DNA of 13,235 nucleotides from positions 1 to 13,235 of the forward strand of contig JBHGNT010000978.1 in assembly GCA_043228905.1 (NCBI GenBank), read 5' to 3'. The notes under the pieces were generated by a model. That model had not been told where the DNA came from and did not search any database. It was given only the letters and a program-made list of their open reading frames with translations. Source of the stretch: Azolla caroliniana (taxonomy: Eukaryota; Plantae; Polypodiophyta). The number at the start of each line of letters is the position of its first letter. Positions within the stretch are counted from its first letter, which is position 1. Positions 8,051-13,235 of this stretch are shown here, piece by piece. Position numbers and translations under genes: made by a program.

Positions 8051-9733
8051 ATGGACAGAGGTATGACGAGTTCACTTCCCACAGAGAAGCTCGACCAGAG
8101 CAACTACACGTCCTGGTCATATAAAATGCACTAGTACCTGCTGGGGCATGGATATTGGAGCTACGTGGAAGGAACCAACGAGGTAGTGTCGGAGTCGACA
8201 CACAAGGACTTCCCGGCATGGGAGCAAGGAGCGAGCCGAGTACTGTATTGCCTCGCGTCCTATGTGCATGATCAGATGCTCGGCTACATCAACGATGCAA
8301 AGATGCCAAAGGAGGTCTGGGAAAATCTTCGGAAGATTTTCACCGCGAGTACCATAGCCTGTAAGTTGTAGCTCTGGTAAGAGCTAAACAACATCAGGCA
8401 AAGAGATATGTCGGTTACGGACTACACCACTAAAATAAAGGAGATTTGTGACGCACTCGCACAACAGTACGGGTCAATCCGGACGGCGATCTGCACCCGG
8501 GAGAAGGCATTGTCATTCTTTGACTTACAATCAATGTTGATGGTAGAAGAAAACCACACGAGCGGGTTGAGGACCACTCAATCGGACAACCGGATGTTGT
8601 ACATGGAGTCAGATCGGCCCCTTGGACATGGAGGACGAGGTGGGTCGGCACACAATGGAGGCGCCCGACAAGAACATGACAAACAACACAAAAACAGTGT
8701 CGACAACAGTTCCGGACCCTCCACAAGTAGGGGGAGTCAAAGTGGCGCCGGGAACCGGCAAGGAATGCCTGACACGAAATGTTGGTACTGTGGCAAAAAG
8801 GACAGGGAAAGCGAGTGCTAGAACAAGCGCACCGATTCAGACAAATCCGGATCCGACAAATCAGGTCGGGAAAATCGGCAAAGCTTGCACTACGCTAAAG
8901 GATTAGAGGGATCCAGAACCGGGAAAACTGGAAAGGGGCCAATCTTCGTAATGAGACACAAGGCAAACCCGATGAAGGAGACTACTTCCAAATCGGAGGA
9001 AGTACGGTACGTTGATTTTGGTGCGTCGAACCACATGACGAGCCACGAAGAGTGGTTCTCTTTTCTAGAGATACCGGATCAACCGAGAGATGTCGAAACC
9101 GGAGATGACACTCCTCACTTGATTGTGCATGTCGGAGAAGTCCCTTTGAGCCAGGTCGGACAGAGGGGGAAGCTGATGAACGTATTACACGTTCCGAAAA
9201 TCACAAAGAACCTTGTGTCGGTCAAACAAATCGTTGAACAGGGGATTCAAGTCCGGTTTATGCACCTTGGGTGCTTCATCGAAGAAGAGGACCAGATTAT
9301 TGCGCAAGGGCGCAGAGATGGGAGGATGTTCATCCTCGATACAAACGATGTTGGCACCGCCTTGTTTGCCAAAGGACAGAAGATTGAATCGGACATAGAA
9401 CTATGGCACAAGCGGATCAGCTACGTCAATTATCGGAGGCTTCAAGCCCTGCAATTGAAACAAGTCGATTTCGGTTTGCCGAAATTTAGCGGCCGGAAGG
9501 CTGAAATTTGTGAACCCTGCCAACTTGGGAAGCAACACTGGCTTCCATTCCCCACTGAACAAAACCAGAGCCGTAACAAGCTCGACCTCATCCATTCGGA
9601 TGTATGGGGACCGACATAGAACGTCAGTCTTGGCAGGAGTCGATACTTCGTCTCCTTCATCGACGACCATAGCCGGCACACGTGGATCTACGTCATCCAG
9701 AGGAAGAGGGAAGTCTTCGAGTGTTTCCGGAAC
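8051..9733 (+). pseudogene. gag-pol: Copia C gag-protease-integrase (N-terminal part), single frame with in-frame stops
   Basis: MDRGMTSSLPTEKLDQSNY... from ATG 8051. Stops at 8132, 8369, 8378, 8819 and 9617. Damaged knuckle CWYCGKKDRESEC, protease YVDFGASNHMT, LWHKRISY..CEPCQLGK, HSDVWGP and FIDDHSRHTW. Confidence 0.93.
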
Positions 9734-10207
9734 TGTTATGTACACATAACGTTGGTGAGGGTAGGTCACTAATATTTACATTAGTGAAGGGTATGTTCAC
9801 TATTATTAAAAAGGGGACTAATGATTGGATAGAATGAATGATATGTGCATGCACTATCATGATTTAGACAACCAATGAATAGAGAGCCTTTTAGAAAGGC
9901 ACATCTATTCAAGGGGCCTAGGAAAAGGTATAAATATGAGGCTTAGCTACCCTCATAAGGATCATCACGTCGGAAGGCTGCTGTCGTAGACACCGGTGGT
10001 GCGGGCTAGGCTTTCGTCTCGACGATCGTGTTTATCTCTTCCAAGGTATTAGTCATCCTAATATCTGGCGGTATGGGACGTCGGTGGTAGGTTGGCTATG
10101 TCTAGATCATAGCTCGGGGGTGGTCGGGTGGAACGGGTTCTTCTATCCAATCTATTTTCTTCCTTTTTACTTGATTTGGTCTATTGATTAGTAATAGACT
10201 CTTAACA
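9734..10207 (+). repeat. 5' LTR of Gypsy D (474 bp)
   Basis: TGTTA...TAACA inverted termini. Begins exactly where Copia C coding similarity stops. TATAAATA at 9929-9936. Confidence 0.88.
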
Positions 10208-10208
10208 G

Positions 10209-10220
10209 TGGTATCAGAGC
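10209..10220 (+). promoter_or_regulatory. PBS (tRNA-iMet) of Gypsy D
   Basis: TGGTATCAGAGC lies one base after the LTR end. Confidence 0.95.
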
Positions 10221-10454
10221 TTTTACTAACAATTTTTTTTGTTGTTTTGATGTTTTTTGCGTGTGAGCGAGGGGGATCTAACAAGGCTCGTCATGCTCTT
10301 CTCAGGATCAAAACAACACTCTAAACCCGGTATTCTTCTTTTTTGATCTCTTCTCTTTTTCTATTATGCGTTCTTTATGGTCGAATCAAATGGGTATTAC
10401 GTTTTATTCTCTTTCTTTCTACCTCCTACTACGCTACGATTTTACTTATTATTA

Positions 10455-10662
10455 TGCATCGGGCCGAGCGTGTTTGCACTAATCGCACACGCTCAACTCA
10501 TGGCCTTTTGCATATTGCGATATATATCCCACTCTCTCCTCTCTTGAACTCTTACGATAATAATTATTCTTGTGCATTGGGTCGAGCGTGTTTGCTCTAA
10601 TCGCACACGCTTATCTCATGGCCGTTTTGCATATGATGTTGAGTATACCACTCTTCCCCTCT
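10455..10662. repeat. Two diverged ~90-bp repeats (118-bp period) in the Gypsy D leader
   Basis: TGCATYGGGYCGAGCGTGTTTGCWCTAATCGCACACGCT...CTCATGGCC..TTTTGCATAT starts at 10455 and again at 10573. Confidence 0.88.
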
Positions 10663-10978
10663 ATTGAGCCATCACTTGGCCGATTCTAAGGGATGATGTG
10701 GCCTTGACGAGGTGTATGTTGCCTACCTATGCCACTCTACTCTCTATTAAGCCATCAATTGGCCGATTCTATGGGATGTTGTGGCCTTGACAAGGTATAT
10801 GTAGCTTACATATGCCACTTTCCTTTTTAATTAGCCATCAATTGGCCGATTCTAAGGGATGATGTGGCCTTGACGAGGTATATGTCACTTACCTATGCCA
10901 CTTTCCTCTTTAATTAGCCATTACTTGGCCGATTCTAGGGATATGTGGTGGTCTTGAGGAGGTGCATGTCAACTACCC
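10663..10978. repeat. 83-bp tandem repeat, ~3.8 copies, in the Gypsy D leader
   Basis: GCCAT...TTGGCCGATTCTA anchors at 10668, 10751, 10834 and 10917, an exact 83-bp spacing. Confidence 0.93.
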
Positions 10979-11955
10979 TAGGGTTTCGTATCTTAGGGCA
11001 TGTTTGATTCCATACACATAATTGTTGATTATTCTAATTAAATTTTAATTTCATAAGTATTGTTTCACTTATATGATTTTCTAGTAATTATTATTTACCC
11101 GCCCACAATTAACTCTCCTTTTTCCACTTCCTTTTCGTGTATAAAGTATTTACATCGTTTACTTTTGATGTAACCTTTACGTGTAGACTATTTTTTTCGT
11201 ATGGAGTGGCTTGTTGAACGATTTTTTTTTCAACGGGTCATCTAGGTTTAACTCTTATCATCGAGCCTTAGAAAACGAGTAAAACCATATGAGTTCCCTT
11301 ATTGATGTTTTACTCATGGATTTGAGTATTACATCTTTGCGCACAACACCGTCATCACTTGTATCAATTTGTGGCTTATGTCACAATTGTGCAAGTTATA
11401 ACAATCATATTGGGATGTATATGTGCATACCTTGCACTTCCCATTTATTTGTGACATTGTTTTTTTCGTAGGTAACACATGGGTTCTTTTTTTTTTTTTT
11501 TACCCTTGTTTTCGTCACTACTTAACTCTTATGAGTAGTGCCTTATTTTATCATTTTATCATCACGTTTGCTTATTGCTCGCAAGACTAGAATATTACTT
11601 GTGAGTGCACTTGTTTTTTCACGTAATACACTTTCTCGACCATATAATACATGATGGATTGGCATTAATATAAGGCTATCTAGGAAATTTCATTGATGTA
11701 AGAACCATGGTTGAGCCTCAGGGAGCCGCCATGATTACTCAAGATAGAGATCCGAGAAATACATCTTAGCTATGTTTTCCCCCATGGTTTTTAAAACACC
11801 ATAGTGTTACCATAGTTATCGGATCTCGAATCACATCTCATATGTCTAGAGGGGTAAAGACATGAGAAAGTTCTTTCAATCAAAATTTCAAGCATTCATT
11901 TTGCTTGTGTATTTTCTGAACCTCCTTATTTTATTGCATACCCACAGCGTGCATC

Positions 11956-13235
11956 ATGGAACAAGTTTTGAACGCAGTTGGAACGATCTCTCCAAATGAG
12001 ACCTCTCAACCCCAATCCGCATCTCGCACACAAGCTGAGATCACTATTGAGCAATTGCTCACTACTACCTTGAATCAATTGGCCGAAATGAGACAGGCCA
12101 ATATGGCATTGGAAAAGAAATTCCAAGAATTAACTATTGAGTCCAAGAAAGAAGGTGAACCTTCCTTCGTAGTCACGCCTTTCAAGGGAGATAAGAAAGA
12201 AAGAACCGAGGAGGCCATTAGCACTTGGCTTGGTCGTTGGGAGTCTCACTTTGAGCTTCATCCCAAGCCCGATGCAGTAAAAATTGGTTATGTCGGTCGT
12301 GAGTTAGGTGGCCGAGCTGCTGCTTGGTGGCGTGGCCTAAGGACCGCAAAAAACTTACCCACAACTTGGGAAGGTTTCGTTGATGTTTTTAAGAAACAAT
12401 TCTTGCAGCCACCTTCTCAAACCGAACAAGCGCAACACTTGCTCACATTGTCTAGTAAGCCATTTACCTCTCTCGAGGATTATGTGCATCACGCACGGAC
12501 CCAGATCCAAAAATCGGGACTTACGGGTGAGAAATGGTTTGTTGCTTGTTTTTTGAATGGTATTCCCAATGGGGATTATCATTGGATTGTCCATGACAAG
12601 GACCCCACAACTTTCGAGGAAGCCGTCAACATTGTGCTTCGATACCATAGGACTTCCAAGAAAGACCACAATAAACCTGAGTTCGCCAAAACTCCGAATG
12701 TCAAGTTCATTGGGAAACGTAAGCAATCCATTGACACTCTTGACCGCGACTCAAAGAAACCGAACCTCTTCTGTGCATATTGCAAGAAGCGGGGCCACAC
12801 AAAGGATACCTGTCGTCGTCTTGAGAGGAAGTCAATGAACACCCCTCCTCAAGACAAATCTACGAGTCACACAGGTGAGTCTTTTGATATTGTTGAAGTT
12901 CATACCAATCACTTAAGTTTATGTGAATGCACTTTTCCTTCACATTTACTTGGACCTAATGATTTACTCCGAGCAGTCAGATATATCAATGGAACACAAG
13001 CACATTTCTTGTTTGATTCCGGTAGTTCTCACAATTTTCTTAATGATCACTTTGTGCAGCAAATGGAGCTCCACATAAACGCAAGTGATCATATCTATCA
13101 AGTTCACATGGCAAATGGAAACGTTCAATACATCAGTGGCATTGTTTGTCAACTGCCAATTCAAATAGATACTTATTTGGAGAAGCTTGACTTTCATGTT
13201 ATGAAATTACAATCCGCAGATGTCATTTTAGGATA
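11956..13235 (+). CDS. gag-pol: Gypsy gag-pol polyprotein, N-terminal part (gag, CCHC knuckle, aspartic protease), open to the window end
   Basis: Manual translation from ATG 11956 has no stop over 426 codons: MEQVLNAVG..., LGGRAAAWW, PTTWEGFVDVFKKQF, FLNGI, PTTFEEAV, CAYCKKRGHTKDTC (12772-12813), FLFDSGSSHNFL (Asp at 13015) and DVILG at the window end. Confidence 0.93.
   Translation, partial: MEQVLNAVGTISPNETSQPQSASRTQAEITIEQLLTTTLNQLAEMRQANMALEKKFQELTIESKKEGEPSFVVTPFKGDKKERTEEAISTWLGRWESHFELHPKPDAVKIGYVGRELGGRAAAWWRGLRTAKNLPTTWEGFVDVFKKQFLQPPSQTEQAQHLLTLSSKPFTSLEDYVHHARTQIQKSGLTGEKWFVACFLNGIPNGDYHWIVHDKDPTTFEEAVNIVLRYHRTSKKDHNKPEFAKTPNVKFIGKRKQSIDTLDRDSKKPNLFCAYCKKRGHTKDTCRRLERKSMNTPPQDKSTSHTGESFDIVEVHTNHLSLCECTFPSHLLGPNDLLRAVRYINGTQAHFLFDSGSSHNFLNDHFVQQMELHINASDHIYQVHMANGNVQYISGIVCQLPIQIDTYLEKLDFHVMKLQSADVILG

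Larger units (their letters stand above)
7512..9733 (+). mobile_element. Decayed Ty1/Copia element C, 5' part (interrupted by Gypsy D)
   Basis: LTR, perfect iMet PBS, and gag-PR-INT homologous to element A. The sequence breaks off inside the integrase core at 9733. Confidence 0.93.
9734..13235 (+). mobile_element. Ty3/Gypsy LTR retrotransposon D, 5' part, extends beyond the window
   Basis: LTR, iMet PBS, long leader and a Gypsy-type gag/protease ORF. Inserted after GGAAC (9729-9733, expected TSD) in the Copia C integrase. The superfamily is assigned from gag/protease motifs, as RT and INT lie outside the window. Confidence 0.88.

Noticed and set aside
10695-10735. Hammerhead ribozyme (retrozyme) in the 83-bp unit: TTGACGA followed by a stem
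   Set aside because: It only resembles CUGANGA, and the required GAAA after stem II is absent in all copies.
10976-10986. Telomere-like CCCTAGGGTTT / telo-box
   Set aside because: It is a single short occurrence, not an array, and is expected by chance.
11485-11501. T-run as the poly(A) tail of another retroposed insert
   Set aside because: I found no flanking TSD, and it lies in a generally T-rich leader.
11926-13197. Listed short ORFs in the last 1.3 kb
   Set aside because: They are antisense or off-frame shadows of the unlisted Gypsy ORF starting at 11956.
1-13235. A novel multi-gene system or domesticated retroelement gene
   Set aside because: All coding similarity is explained by Copia, LINE and Gypsy proteins within their own LTR/PBS/TSD structures. 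I saw no env-like, extra or captured host ORF.

Overview
This window is eukaryotic, most likely land-plant, repeat-rich DNA made almost entirely of nested retrotransposons, and I found no host gene. Insertion order was reconstructed from target-site duplications (TSDs). (1) An outer minus-strand LTR-like sequence (1-127 + 6905-~7460) carries a strictly phased 17-bp repeat array. (2) A ~490-bp solo LTR (133-295 + 6573-6899, TSD TCAAT) is inserted into it. (3) A full-length but decayed Ty1/Copia element A (296-6567, minus strand, LTRs ~95% identical, TSD GGTAA/GGTAG) splits that solo LTR. (4) A 5'-truncated L1-type LINE (2676-3461, poly(A), 16-bp TSD) sits inside A. (5) A related decayed Copia element C (7512-9733, plus strand) is interrupted in its integrase by (6) a younger Ty3/Gypsy element D (9734 to the window end). 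D has a 1.7-kb repeat-rich leader and an intact gag-protease ORF (11956 to the end) that the ORF track omits because it has no stop in the window. I see no evidence of a new gene system. The most interesting features are non-coding: the 17-bp phased array, a duplicated PPT with a hairpin across the PPT/LTR junction, structured leader repeats and candidate splice sites in the Gypsy element. Element labels are mine, and all alignments and counts were done by eye.
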